Positions 18,917-28,491 of a DNA stretch of 55,756 bases are shown here, one piece after another. Below the pieces are notes generated by a model that saw only the letters and a list, made by a program, of their open reading frames with translations, was not told where the DNA came from and did not search any database. The translations under genes and the position numbers were made by a program. The number at the start of each line of letters is the position of its first letter. The stretch's first letter is position 1. This stretch comes from a virus (Duplodnaviria; Caudoviricetes), in IMG/VR virus record IMGVR_UViG_3300021519_000002, positions 1 through 55,756 of that record. The stretch is one strand, 5' to 3'.

Positions 18917-19372
18917 CTAGACGTAAGCTTTAAAGGCAAGCGGATTGCCAGAAACCCTTGCGATCAGTTCGTGATCGTTCAGAGTCATAAACAACACGGA
19001 TTCTTCGTCCCTGTCACTGCCGGGAACCCTTATCTCCCAGCGATCACCGCCCCACTTGGGAACGCGAACGTAATCACCAACCTGCGCCCATGAACCTTCG
19101 GGCCATGATTGCATCGTGTCTCGGTTCTTGTAAGCCAGTGGCCCAACACATACAACTTTGCCGATCATGTTGTTCCACTTCTCGTTCTCCTTGGTTTCTT
19201 CAACCAGAACGATGAACCCAGTCTTCCGCTTAATACGTCGTAGCTGAACAATTACCCTTCCACCAAATGGCTCCATCCCCGGTTCAACATTGGGGAAGGC
19301 CCATTCCATATCCTTGGGATCAGGGATATCGTTTGATGCCTCATATGTCACGATCTTAGGTATTGCACTCAT
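18917..19372 (-). CDS. groES: GroES-like co-chaperonin
   Basis: PFGGRVIV, GKVVCVGPLAY, W.QVGDYV...KWGG, LNDHELIA motifs. Confidence 0.85.
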   Translation of the reverse strand: MSAIPKIVTYEASNDIPDPKDMEWAFPNVEPGMEPFGGRVIVQLRRIKRKTGFIVLVEETKENEKWNNMIGKVVCVGPLAYKNRDTMQSWPEGSWAQVGDYVRVPKWGGDRWEIRVPGSDRDEESVLFMTLNDHELIARVSGNPLAFKAYV

Positions 19373-19448
19373 TTACCTCTCCTTTAACACCATATTTCAG
19401 GTGCATCGTTATGCGCTTTGCAGCGCGGTCTCACCCCGGAGTGGGGCG

Positions 19449-19628
19449 TTATTCTTTATTTTTTTCCTCATCCAACATAAAGTCGATCATGTCCATCGTC
19501 TTTTGGAGGCCAATGTTTTCACCCACCATGCGCTGGTACACATCCCAACTCCCCGCAGAACCAAGAGCCAAAGCCATAGCAATTTCTGCTTGCCTCAACT
19601 TGATCCTGTGGATTAATTGTTCAATCAT
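19449..19628 (-). CDS. Small helical head-region protein (59 aa)
   Basis: Own translation: MIEQLIHRIKLRQAEIAMALALGSAGSWDVYQRMVGENIGLQKTMDMIDFMLDEEKNKE; ATGA overlap with the upstream ORF. Confidence 0.7.
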   Translation of the reverse strand: MIEQLIHRIKLRQAEIAMALALGSAGSWDVYQRMVGENIGLQKTMDMIDFMLDEEKNKE

Positions 19629-19780
19629 TTTTGTTTTTTGACATTCGACAATCCACCTTTGGGCTTGCTCGATTGTCCACCCTTGGGTTGGAGCGATGTT
19701 CCATTAAGCTTCTCACCCATAGCCAACCGCTTGTGCATAGGGACGTTGATGCTCTTTTGTTCCTGTTCTGATACAGCCAT
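19625..19780 (-). CDS. Small basic protein (51 aa) with two PKGG motifs
   Basis: Own translation: MAVSEQEQKSINVPMHKRLAMGEKLNGTSLQPKGGQSSKPKGGLSNVKKQK; AAGGAG RBS. Confidence 0.7.
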   Translation of the reverse strand: MAVSEQEQKSINVPMHKRLAMGEKLNGTSLQPKGGQSSKPKGGLSNVKKQK

Positions 19781-19790
19781 GTCTATCTCC

Positions 19791-22187
19791 TTATTGTGGT
19801 GCAGGTTCTGCCTGCGTTTGTGCTACTTGTTGAATTGTTTCATGCGTTAGCTTTGCGTTCTCAATGGCAATCCTTGCTTGATTGTCAACCACATGCTCCT
19901 GCATCTCATTCTGCATCTTTGCTTGTGCCAGTTGATTGTCAGCAGCATCCTTCTGAGTCTTGCGCTGGGTCTCAGCCATGCTAGTGTCTTTAACCACTTG
20001 GGCATCAGGAGGCAGTTGTTGCTGTTGCCCTTTGCGTTGTTGCGCCATCTGCATGATGGATTGTAAAGCTTGCTGAAACTGTCCAAATACTTGCTGGCTG
20101 TCCAACATTACATGAGCGCCAACAGTCGTGTACACCTTATCAATGATTGCCGTCAACTTGGGATCGTCATAGTCGTCTATAGGCTTGCCCATAGAATTCT
20201 CAACGTACCCATTGGAACGATTCAAATACCAGAGTGTCATGTGCTGCTTTACATGCTCAATCAGGTTGTTGAGATAGTTGGGATCGACAAACGGGGACTG
20301 CCCCAAGAAAGGATTCATGGCAAACTGCAAGTGATCCTGAATGTGCGCGATGTGATCTTGCTGTAGATAAGCATAAGCAGGCTGTCCAATCATCATTGCA
20401 GCATTCTCATCTGCTGATGTTCGCTGTTCAGGAGAAGGAGTGTCCTTCAACAACTCATTGATGTTGGGAACCTTCATCTGTTTCAATACACGACTCAGAA
20501 CATTGCTTATGTTAAATTGTTGAGGGTGCTTGTCTGCCAGAGCCAGTACAGCTTGGTTCTGTGCCATCCGCTGTGTCTCAGAGAAGATGTGCGGATCGCT
20601 GACAGGCACCACATCCGTGTTCTTCTCAAAGTCCTCACGGGTGATCTCCAGATCAACCATTACATCGCTTTTGATCATCTCGTCAAAATGCCAACGATTC
20701 AAGCGACACAGAACCTTAAGCACCCGTGCTTGAGAGTCATGCAACCGTGCATGAATAGCACTGAACACAGCAGCACCTTGCTCAATCAAAGCTTGCGTTG
20801 TGCCTACAGGAGTGTTGGCAGTTACATCAGCAATCTTCTCTTCGCTGGTAGTAATCACACCCTTAGCAGCAGCGTCCAACCATCCCAGCAATTGGAACAG
20901 CACATCACTAGGAGGATTGAAAGGCATCGGCATAGCAATCTGCCGGATGTCCTGTACTCCCGGTGCGCCTTCAATCTCAATCACCTGAGTCACATCAACT
21001 TGGGCGCTTTGACCACTGATCTTTGCACCCTTCAACTTCAGCATGGTTGCCGTGTTGTTGATATGCGCTGTGTCCAGCAAAGCCCTCAATGCGCCTGTCA
21101 ATGCAGCAGACAGACCACCAATCAGTTGTGGCAGTCCAATTGCATATGCACCCCTCCACGGGATAAACTTGAACTCAACCACCCAATCAAGCTTGGTGCG
21201 AGTGTCATCTTTCTCTTCCCAGTTCCTGTACAGACCAACAACCTCATTGCTGAGTTCGTCAATCATCAATATGTACGGAGCGTATTCACCTTTTGTTTTG
21301 TTGTCGTCTTCCAGTTCAAGAAAACAATAGATGTGGTAAACCTTGCGGATACCATCCTTGTTTGATTCAAACTGCTTGCCTTCAATCTTGTTGTTGGCCT
21401 GCTCAACCTTGTTCTGATCCAGAGTCCCACTGGCTTTAGCCGCATTGATATCACGGTACATACCAGTGCGGATACGCCGGTCAAACTCATACTGGGTCAG
21501 TTCATGGACTTCGGCAGCGCGAGGTGACGTATAGAAATTGGTTGCAGCAAACGGCAAGATCACCCTGTCAATAGGTAGAAACTCTACCGTGGGCCTCCTC
21601 TTTTGCTCATCAAACCACAGCTTGAAGTATTGCGATCCACCCAGAGGAAGCTGGGTAAGTAATTGCTCTTCCTCATCCCTGAACTCTTCAATCTGTTCCT
21701 GAATCTGCCAGTTAAGGAAATCACGTTTTCGTTCTGACTTAGCAGCCTTGACATCATCAATCTTGCCAATCACCTTGGTCTTGACAGGACCATCCGGCGG
21801 GAACAATTCCTTGATAGCACGGGCAGCAAAGTCTACACAGCCTTCTGCCATAGCAGGATGGACTACCTTGCTGGCACCCATAAAGGTAGCACCACCGGGG
21901 GCATCATTGCCCAGCCCAGTACGCTTCAATCCTTCTTCGTATTGCTTGTCCCTCTGTTCTCGCGCAGCTTTGTCAGTTTCCAGAAGATCAAGGTAACGTG
22001 ACGATAGTTCCCTTATATCTGGGCCACTAATAGTGTCAGCCAGATTGTCATAGAACTCCGGGTTAAACTCAGGGCCATCATCCATTGTGATAATGGCAGA
22101 ACCATCAGGTTGCTCCTCAGTTTGCATGTCAGGAAGATCAACAATGGCACTGCCGTCGTCCTGCTCTTCCATATCATAGTCAGCCAT
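19791..22187 (-). CDS. Portal protein (P22-like podovirus type)
   Basis: 798 aa; GASKVVHP.MAE, LPLGGS.YFK, TPVGTTQALIEQG...SAIHARLH, VVPVSDP; Gln-rich helical C-terminus. Confidence 0.9.
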   Translation of the reverse strand: MADYDMEEQDDGSAIVDLPDMQTEEQPDGSAIITMDDGPEFNPEFYDNLADTISGPDIRELSSRYLDLLETDKAAREQRDKQYEEGLKRTGLGNDAPGGATFMGASKVVHPAMAEGCVDFAARAIKELFPPDGPVKTKVIGKIDDVKAAKSERKRDFLNWQIQEQIEEFRDEEEQLLTQLPLGGSQYFKLWFDEQKRRPTVEFLPIDRVILPFAATNFYTSPRAAEVHELTQYEFDRRIRTGMYRDINAAKASGTLDQNKVEQANNKIEGKQFESNKDGIRKVYHIYCFLELEDDNKTKGEYAPYILMIDELSNEVVGLYRNWEEKDDTRTKLDWVVEFKFIPWRGAYAIGLPQLIGGLSAALTGALRALLDTAHINNTATMLKLKGAKISGQSAQVDVTQVIEIEGAPGVQDIRQIAMPMPFNPPSDVLFQLLGWLDAAAKGVITTSEEKIADVTANTPVGTTQALIEQGAAVFSAIHARLHDSQARVLKVLCRLNRWHFDEMIKSDVMVDLEITREDFEKNTDVVPVSDPHIFSETQRMAQNQAVLALADKHPQQFNISNVLSRVLKQMKVPNINELLKDTPSPEQRTSADENAAMMIGQPAYAYLQQDHIAHIQDHLQFAMNPFLGQSPFVDPNYLNNLIEHVKQHMTLWYLNRSNGYVENSMGKPIDDYDDPKLTAIIDKVYTTVGAHVMLDSQQVFGQFQQALQSIMQMAQQRKGQQQQLPPDAQVVKDTSMAETQRKTQKDAADNQLAQAKMQNEMQEHVVDNQARIAIENAKLTHETIQQVAQTQAEPAPQ

Positions 22188-24502
22188 TATTTAGCCTTCT
22201 TCCGCATTGTGAGTTCCAGCAGCATGGTGTTGGGATTCTTGTGAAATGATACGGGAGTTTTGTTGGAACGACTAATTGCACGATCTTCGTCATCACCCCT
22301 ACGCATAGCCAAGTGACGTTGTGCAGCGTAATTTCTTTCGGGGAATGCGTGGAAATCATCATCGCTCAAACCAAAGTGACGACCATCACCAATGCTTCCA
22401 CCTTCAGCATGGAACTTGATCTTCTGCGGTACAGCATATTCTTTACCCTTAGCCGCTATCTGATCTTCTGGCTTATCAATTTCATATTCACCATTGTTCT
22501 TCTTGGCATGCTCAATACTTTCATCGTTTACATGATGAGTAAGATTGGTTTGATGATCAATATTGCTAGTCGATTCTGTTGGCGTAGTCATCAAAAGGTG
22601 ACCAGCATCTTTTCCGTTTTTAGATTTAAAGCGTTTTTTAGGCAAGAAATCCGTATCCTTGAATCTGGAATCTGTAGGGATCATATGATCTACGTCTTCC
22701 ATCTGCCCTGTTTTCTTGTTTTTCTTTCTTTCCGGCACATTAACCAGACGAGGATGCAAGATGTGCTGGCGCTGATAGTCATAACGCATTCCATCGACAG
22801 TACGGTGACCGTAGTGAGCCTCACCTTCCTCTGCCTTCTTGCCATTGCCGCCAAAGTGTCCTTCCGGTCCCTCTGACTTTTCTTCTGGAGTCAACTCACC
22901 TTCACGACGACCCGTTGACCAATACTTGGCATGGGTAATTGATTTCTCCATGTTCTGCGCCATTGGTGAGCCACGCTTAACGTCAGTCACCATGTACGAG
23001 CCTTTGGCTGGCGTAAGGTTGCCCTGCTCATTCTTGAAGTCACCCTTGTTGTCAGCAGCCATCACGGTGTTCCGCACACGCGCTTTGTCGCGTCCAATGT
23101 TCTCTGTAATCTCTTTACCCTTTTTGACTTTCGGCCCCACATTGGAATGGGTAACGTAATAACCGTTCTCAGGGTCATGCAACTCATTAGTCTTGCCATA
23201 AGAGTTGGCAATGATTGGCGGCTTGTCTTCTTTTTTACGCTGATCATTCAAGTGACGAATGATATGGCGCGAAGAAGTATCAGTCTCATCAACCACATTG
23301 GGACGGAACAAAAGACGTTGATTTCCATTATCAGCAAGTCGTGCAGCATTACGCAATGACCCAGTGTGCGCCAAAACCCAATCTCTGGTCATAGCGGGGT
23401 CATGCTTGGCTTGTTCATGGCAAGCACGACGGACAGCAGCATTCACATATTGCTGTTCAGCATTAGGAGCAAAACAAGAACCCTTGCTGGTATCAACAAT
23501 TCCTTTAGAATCTGTGCCACCACCACAGCCTTCAGTTTGTCCGGGACATGTATTGACTACACGTTTCTTTTCGTTTTCTCCATGACCGGATACATACAAA
23601 GCATGACCAGCTACACCCTTTGCCGCAAAGCCAATGTGTGATCGACCTTGATCATCATGCTCATGGCGTACCGTATCAAGCTTTTCACTTTCATCAAGCG
23701 TGTCAGCGTTCTGCTTGATGTGCATTGAATCACGAAGCCTTTTCAGAGCGTCTTGTTCCCGCTGCTTTTGTTCTGCTTCAGGCAATGAAAAGTGATGCTC
23801 CAATTCTTCTTTGTGTACTCTTCCAATTTGCCCAACATTTAATGGGTCACGATTCTCAGCACCATAAACTTTTGCCCTAGCTTCGTTGATGTGCTTCATG
23901 CCGGGGTTGAAGAACTTCTGTCCTTTGCGTTCACCCTTTGCATACACGCCACGCGATCCATGCCACATGTGGAATGGGACAACAATACCCTTCACACCTC
24001 CAGCACCTTCTGCATCAATCTGCAAACGGGTTGGCCCCTTGTCAGCAATATCTTTCTTCATCTGACCAGTAGACTTTGCTACCCCACCCTTCGCCATTCC
24101 TTGCGGAGGTTGCTGCGGTGGTTTCATAGCACCCAGAGCCTGCCCCTGTGGGGTCATCTGGAGCATGTTACCCATAGGTGCTGGGGATGTGGCTTGGTTC
24201 CCCAATTCATTCTCAGCCGGTGCTTGAGGCAGTCCACCCTGTGGCCCCTGTGGCATTTGTGGCTGTTGCCCCATAGGCATTATCTGTTGACCCTGCTGTT
24301 GCTGGTTCATATCAATGCCGCCAATAGGCATCCCACTCTTCATAGCCACTCCACCCGGAGGAGGTGAGTTTGCACCACCCTGATCAGGAGACATAAACAT
24401 TTTAGGATTCATGCTGGGCGCTTCATTAGCACCAACAGTCTTCATGTCGATGGGATTGCCCATCCTTCCCAAAGCCATACGCATCTGAGCCATCGTAGCC
24501 AT
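22187..24502 (-). CDS. Large protein with Pro/Gln-rich N-terminus and GP88/radical-SAM-like central domain (771 aa)
   Basis: Start chosen at 24502 (AAAGGGA RBS); NTCPGQTEGC...GSCFA, FRPNVVDE and NSYGK resemble GP88-family motifs; core bracketed by MAKGG and HAEGG. Confidence 0.65.
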   Translation of the reverse strand: MATMAQMRMALGRMGNPIDMKTVGANEAPSMNPKMFMSPDQGGANSPPPGGVAMKSGMPIGGIDMNQQQQGQQIMPMGQQPQMPQGPQGGLPQAPAENELGNQATSPAPMGNMLQMTPQGQALGAMKPPQQPPQGMAKGGVAKSTGQMKKDIADKGPTRLQIDAEGAGGVKGIVVPFHMWHGSRGVYAKGERKGQKFFNPGMKHINEARAKVYGAENRDPLNVGQIGRVHKEELEHHFSLPEAEQKQREQDALKRLRDSMHIKQNADTLDESEKLDTVRHEHDDQGRSHIGFAAKGVAGHALYVSGHGENEKKRVVNTCPGQTEGCGGGTDSKGIVDTSKGSCFAPNAEQQYVNAAVRRACHEQAKHDPAMTRDWVLAHTGSLRNAARLADNGNQRLLFRPNVVDETDTSSRHIIRHLNDQRKKEDKPPIIANSYGKTNELHDPENGYYVTHSNVGPKVKKGKEITENIGRDKARVRNTVMAADNKGDFKNEQGNLTPAKGSYMVTDVKRGSPMAQNMEKSITHAKYWSTGRREGELTPEEKSEGPEGHFGGNGKKAEEGEAHYGHRTVDGMRYDYQRQHILHPRLVNVPERKKNKKTGQMEDVDHMIPTDSRFKDTDFLPKKRFKSKNGKDAGHLLMTTPTESTSNIDHQTNLTHHVNDESIEHAKKNNGEYEIDKPEDQIAAKGKEYAVPQKIKFHAEGGSIGDGRHFGLSDDDFHAFPERNYAAQRHLAMRRGDDEDRAISRSNKTPVSFHKNPNTMLLELTMRKKAK

Positions 24503-24504
24503 GT

Positions 24505-27500
24505 CTATCCCTTTTTCTTTCGCATCAGTTCCCACTGCATTTGGGCTTTACCCACTCGACCACCTTTGGCCTTAGTTATATCGTAGTCTTCAGTATCATA
24601 AGTGCCGCGATTACCAATGGCTGACTTTATATAACGTGGATCAAACACTCCAAGATTCTTGACGTTCTTCCCAAAGCCCTCATGGATTTCTTGCATGTAC
24701 ATCGCATCATGCCCCAGTTTCTTGGCAGTCTGAATAACTTGCGGGTCTTCTATCCACGACCAGTCACCAGTTGCCAGCTTCTCCCTTATCTGAGCAGGAG
24801 TCTTCTTGTGGTGTATTGACCAGATGCTATCGGCCTTTGGCAAGTGTTTCGCCAGCCTCTCAACATGCTCTGGGTTCTCATAGTCAAAAGGATTCTTTAC
24901 CTGTACATGAACAGGGTACACAGCACCAGAGGATTCATCTCTCAGCTTGTTACCGCCAGCATACTCATTGGCGAACCCCTTGCTGGGAGTCAGGAACGTC
25001 ATGCCTCTGTTGCCAGTGCTGAACTCCCTGATCCCGCCCTCTGAGCGAAGCTTTTCATTGACTCCGTTCTTTCCATAGTGCCTTGAGCCATGATACAACC
25101 GGCGCTTCTCCGTACTCTCAGCAAGATACTTCTTCTTGTTTGCAGCGGCCTGCTCTTTGGTAGGATGGACATCTCCACCACCATTGAATCCATAGTCCTT
25201 CAGATTGATCGGCTTCTCTCGCGGTAGGTCAGAGGCACCAGCCTTATTGTTAATCCTCTGCACCTCCTCATCAGGCAACACCTTCTTCACCTTCATCGCA
25301 CCACCAATCAACCAGTTCCCAGTCATGTTGGGATTGGTCTTGTAGCGGTAATGACCACCCTTGGGAACCTGATCAGTAATGTGCGCTTTGACTGCTACAA
25401 GCTTTCCCTTCGCATTCGTTCCACGCTTGTTGGCCTCTGACTGCCAGTCCACATCGTTTGGCATGTCCACTTCAGCCCACACTTGATTGCTTGGACGACG
25501 GTCAGGCTTATTCATGCTTGGATCGGACTTCTCACCAATGTGAGTAGCTACAGGTAGATCACCAGCATGCCAGCCCGGACGGTTAGCAAGAGGCCCAATC
25601 TTTGACTTGACCTTATCACCAGTCTTCTCACCAGCCTTTGCCTCAACCCACTTGTCCTTCTCAACAGGAGTTTTGGAGTCCACAAACAGTGGGAACAACT
25701 TGCCGGGATGGTTCTTGTCTACTCGGAATAGCTTATAGGCAGGCACCGTGCTTTTGGGTTCCTTGACGCTGCCACCCTTTGAAAACTCTGGTTCTTGCTT
25801 TAATAAATTTGCAGCATCTTTATGTCCAAATTTATTAAGCCATTTAATTTGATTGCCTAATTCCATAAATCCTAAATCATGGATGGATTTATCATCTTCA
25901 TCAATATGATCTCCTGCATTTTCTATTCTGTGTATTGGAATTTTAATATTTGTATTTTTAGCCGCATGTATTCTATGTGAACCAGTCAGTGCCTCATCAC
26001 CTCTTCCTACATCGTATGTAAGTATTGGCCTTCCTTTCCATCCTAATTTTTTCATTGAATTAATTAATAAAGATAATTTTTTCTTGTCTCTTATTCCATG
26101 TGGGGGTTCTATGCTACTAGCAGATACATAATGAGTTGCTTCCTTGACGCTGCCACCACCAGCTTTATTCACGCCATACTTAGCCTTGATGTATTTCACA
26201 GCTTTGCCAGTATCACCATCTAGCTTGTCGTGCTTGCCAGACAATGTATTTTCCAAAGCCTGCTTGTTGTCTTTATCTTCCAGATATCGTGCATGCCTAT
26301 GCCACGGGTAATGAGCAGCAATGATGTCCTTCGGCATGACATCACTCAATACAAACGGTGACTGCCAATGCTCTTTAGGAACTTGGAACTCCAGCGTAGG
26401 TTTTTCTTCTGCCTTCCCATAGAACGGAGTCTCGCCAGCATAGATAGCCTTTGGCCCTTCAATGCCCTTGGCATGCTTGAACAGCAAGCCCTCCTTCTCA
26501 ATCTTGCGAAGGTTGTCTCCATCAGTTTGGTGATACAGGCGAACGTGACCTTCCTTAATAGGAGTACTCCCCGGCTCATCAGGGATTGACTTGATGCTGC
26601 CGCCACTAGCCTTGTCAAAAGCTGACTTGACCTCAGTCCCTTTGTTCCATGCGTAGATGTCGCTTGGGTAACTCCATAACTTTTTTGGGTCTGTCTCATT
26701 CGACGCTCTTGGCCCAATGTCATACACTTGACGAGCAACTAAAGCATGACCCGGAGCCAATGTTCTGGCATGCCGATCAAAAGCAAACATATCAAAATCA
26801 CGATGACCTCTTTTATCAACAGTGACTGGGAATTCATGCAGCATCTTTGCCTTGATGTGCATAGGCACAACAGCCCCAACCTCGCCTTCCATTCCTTTAT
26901 GTCCACCTTGTGCAGCATAGCTTGATGCAACATACGGGGAGGTTGATGCAAACGTGGCGTAATTAGGACGGGCCTCACCTTTCATAAAACCTTCAGGCAT
27001 TTCTTGATAACCATGACCGCCACGGTAAAGAACGTCTTTAACTTTGCTCTTCTCAAGGAACTTAGCTTTATCTTCTTTCTGGCTACCACCCCTAGCCTTA
27101 TGCTGGATCACATGCACTGAGTTGCCCTCATGCACCAGTCCACCCTTGGCTTCCCTGTGGACAATCTTCATCATGTGTTCGTTGCCGGGGAAGACTACAA
27201 AGTTGCGAGTTCCTTCTCCATCTTTTCTTGAGCCAGCGTCCAAGTACTTGATGCCGGGGATGCCTGCATTTTTAAGCCAATCACTTGCCGCATTGCGTGA
27301 GCCACCCAATCCCTCCCCAATCGCACTGTATAGAGATTCGCCTCTTAACTTATTAGAAGCCACTTTCTCTCCATTCGGCAGAACAGTTTGACCTAACTTG
27401 TCTTGCTTGAACAACGCCTGCACATCAGGATGTTGCTCACTCAGCGGCTTGTCCCAATCCAGCATCTTCTCAACATGCTCATGCGGTATGCGGATGTGGT

Positions 27501-28491
27501 AGAGGTGACCCCTCTTCCCGCTGACTTCTCCCCATTTTTCTTTTGACAATTTCATTGAGACACGCATCTCTGGAATCAAATTGTCTTCTACCAATTTGTT
27601 GAAAGAATCTATATCAAGTGTCTTTCTTCTATTTGATACAACCTTTGCCATTGACCTTCCATCAGGGTGATGCTTGGTGAGCGCATCCTCAAGAGACATG
27701 TCTCCTTCTGGTGTTTTAATGCGATCAATAAATTTGCCAAGTGTATTGGCATATCCCTGAGCAGTATTAGGTTTTTCAGCAAGGTAATGCCCATAGCCAA
27801 ACGCTTGCGCTCCCTCACCACTGCCAATCTTCGTAGGGTCAAACTCACCCAGCGGGTTATTGGCAGTGGGCTGCATAAGATGCGGGGAGCCATGATAAGC
27901 CTCAAGTTCCCGCTTCATCTGGTCAGTGGATGGACGGACATTGCCACCTTTGGATTTAGTAATATCTTTTTCTTTCGTATCGTATGTTCCACGATTACCA
28001 ATAGCTGACTTAATCTGGTTGCCCTTGAACATAACCACCTCATGAGGGTCACCTCGACCATGAGGGTCAGCATGCACAACACTGTCATAGCCCATAGCTT
28101 GAACTTTCTTTGCCCATTTCTTGTCCATCAGCAATGGGAACGATTTATCTCCATCAGCAAATATCTTTTGCGATCTATCTAAGATTCCGGGGTTGTCCAA
28201 CACCAATGGGTGCTTTGCCTGTACATGAACAGGCATCACATTCGTTCCCTGTTTGTATTCTTCTTTGTCACCGCCAATGTTGTGCATCGCCGGTTGATAC
28301 TGTGGGTTATTAGACAACCAAATAGCATGACCACTGAGTTCTGAATTAAAACCTCCGGGCTTGAATTCTTTAAAGTTGCGCGGAGTAGCGTGATACAAAC
28401 GCTCCTTAATCTTGCTGAGTTCCAAGAACTTTTTCTTGTTCTCTTCACTTTGCTTTTTTGGCAATACATCATTTGGTAATGACTTGGGCAT
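24505..28491 (-). CDS. Polyvalent multi-module protein (1328 aa): several ADP-ribosyltransferase-like domains plus a ParB/Srx domain
   Basis: Start chosen at 28491 (AAAGGA RBS); modules open with LYHAT, AYHGS, LYRGG, LYHQT, LYHGS; two end IKSAIGNRGTYD (ART-PolyVal-like); LTGSHR ParB motif; xxxGG linkers between modules. Confidence 0.75.
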   Translation of the reverse strand: MPKSLPNDVLPKKQSEENKKKFLELSKIKERLYHATPRNFKEFKPGGFNSELSGHAIWLSNNPQYQPAMHNIGGDKEEYKQGTNVMPVHVQAKHPLVLDNPGILDRSQKIFADGDKSFPLLMDKKWAKKVQAMGYDSVVHADPHGRGDPHEVVMFKGNQIKSAIGNRGTYDTKEKDITKSKGGNVRPSTDQMKRELEAYHGSPHLMQPTANNPLGEFDPTKIGSGEGAQAFGYGHYLAEKPNTAQGYANTLGKFIDRIKTPEGDMSLEDALTKHHPDGRSMAKVVSNRRKTLDIDSFNKLVEDNLIPEMRVSMKLSKEKWGEVSGKRGHLYHIRIPHEHVEKMLDWDKPLSEQHPDVQALFKQDKLGQTVLPNGEKVASNKLRGESLYSAIGEGLGGSRNAASDWLKNAGIPGIKYLDAGSRKDGEGTRNFVVFPGNEHMMKIVHREAKGGLVHEGNSVHVIQHKARGGSQKEDKAKFLEKSKVKDVLYRGGHGYQEMPEGFMKGEARPNYATFASTSPYVASSYAAQGGHKGMEGEVGAVVPMHIKAKMLHEFPVTVDKRGHRDFDMFAFDRHARTLAPGHALVARQVYDIGPRASNETDPKKLWSYPSDIYAWNKGTEVKSAFDKASGGSIKSIPDEPGSTPIKEGHVRLYHQTDGDNLRKIEKEGLLFKHAKGIEGPKAIYAGETPFYGKAEEKPTLEFQVPKEHWQSPFVLSDVMPKDIIAAHYPWHRHARYLEDKDNKQALENTLSGKHDKLDGDTGKAVKYIKAKYGVNKAGGGSVKEATHYVSASSIEPPHGIRDKKKLSLLINSMKKLGWKGRPILTYDVGRGDEALTGSHRIHAAKNTNIKIPIHRIENAGDHIDEDDKSIHDLGFMELGNQIKWLNKFGHKDAANLLKQEPEFSKGGSVKEPKSTVPAYKLFRVDKNHPGKLFPLFVDSKTPVEKDKWVEAKAGEKTGDKVKSKIGPLANRPGWHAGDLPVATHIGEKSDPSMNKPDRRPSNQVWAEVDMPNDVDWQSEANKRGTNAKGKLVAVKAHITDQVPKGGHYRYKTNPNMTGNWLIGGAMKVKKVLPDEEVQRINNKAGASDLPREKPINLKDYGFNGGGDVHPTKEQAAANKKKYLAESTEKRRLYHGSRHYGKNGVNEKLRSEGGIREFSTGNRGMTFLTPSKGFANEYAGGNKLRDESSGAVYPVHVQVKNPFDYENPEHVERLAKHLPKADSIWSIHHKKTPAQIREKLATGDWSWIEDPQVIQTAKKLGHDAMYMQEIHEGFGKNVKNLGVFDPRYIKSAIGNRGTYDTEDYDITKAKGGRVGKAQMQWELMRKKKG
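25759..26157. repeat. 18-bp direct repeat flanking the AT-rich ParB/Srx module
   Basis: ttccttgacgctgccacc at 25759-25776 and 26140-26157, 381 bp (127 codons) apart; encodes GGSVKE. Confidence 0.9.

Noticed and set aside
20517-21365. 282-aa plus-strand ORF opposite the portal (likewise 5649-6344, 16773-17462, 18380-19093, 28869-29480)
   Set aside because: Overlap well-supported minus-strand genes; treated as shadows
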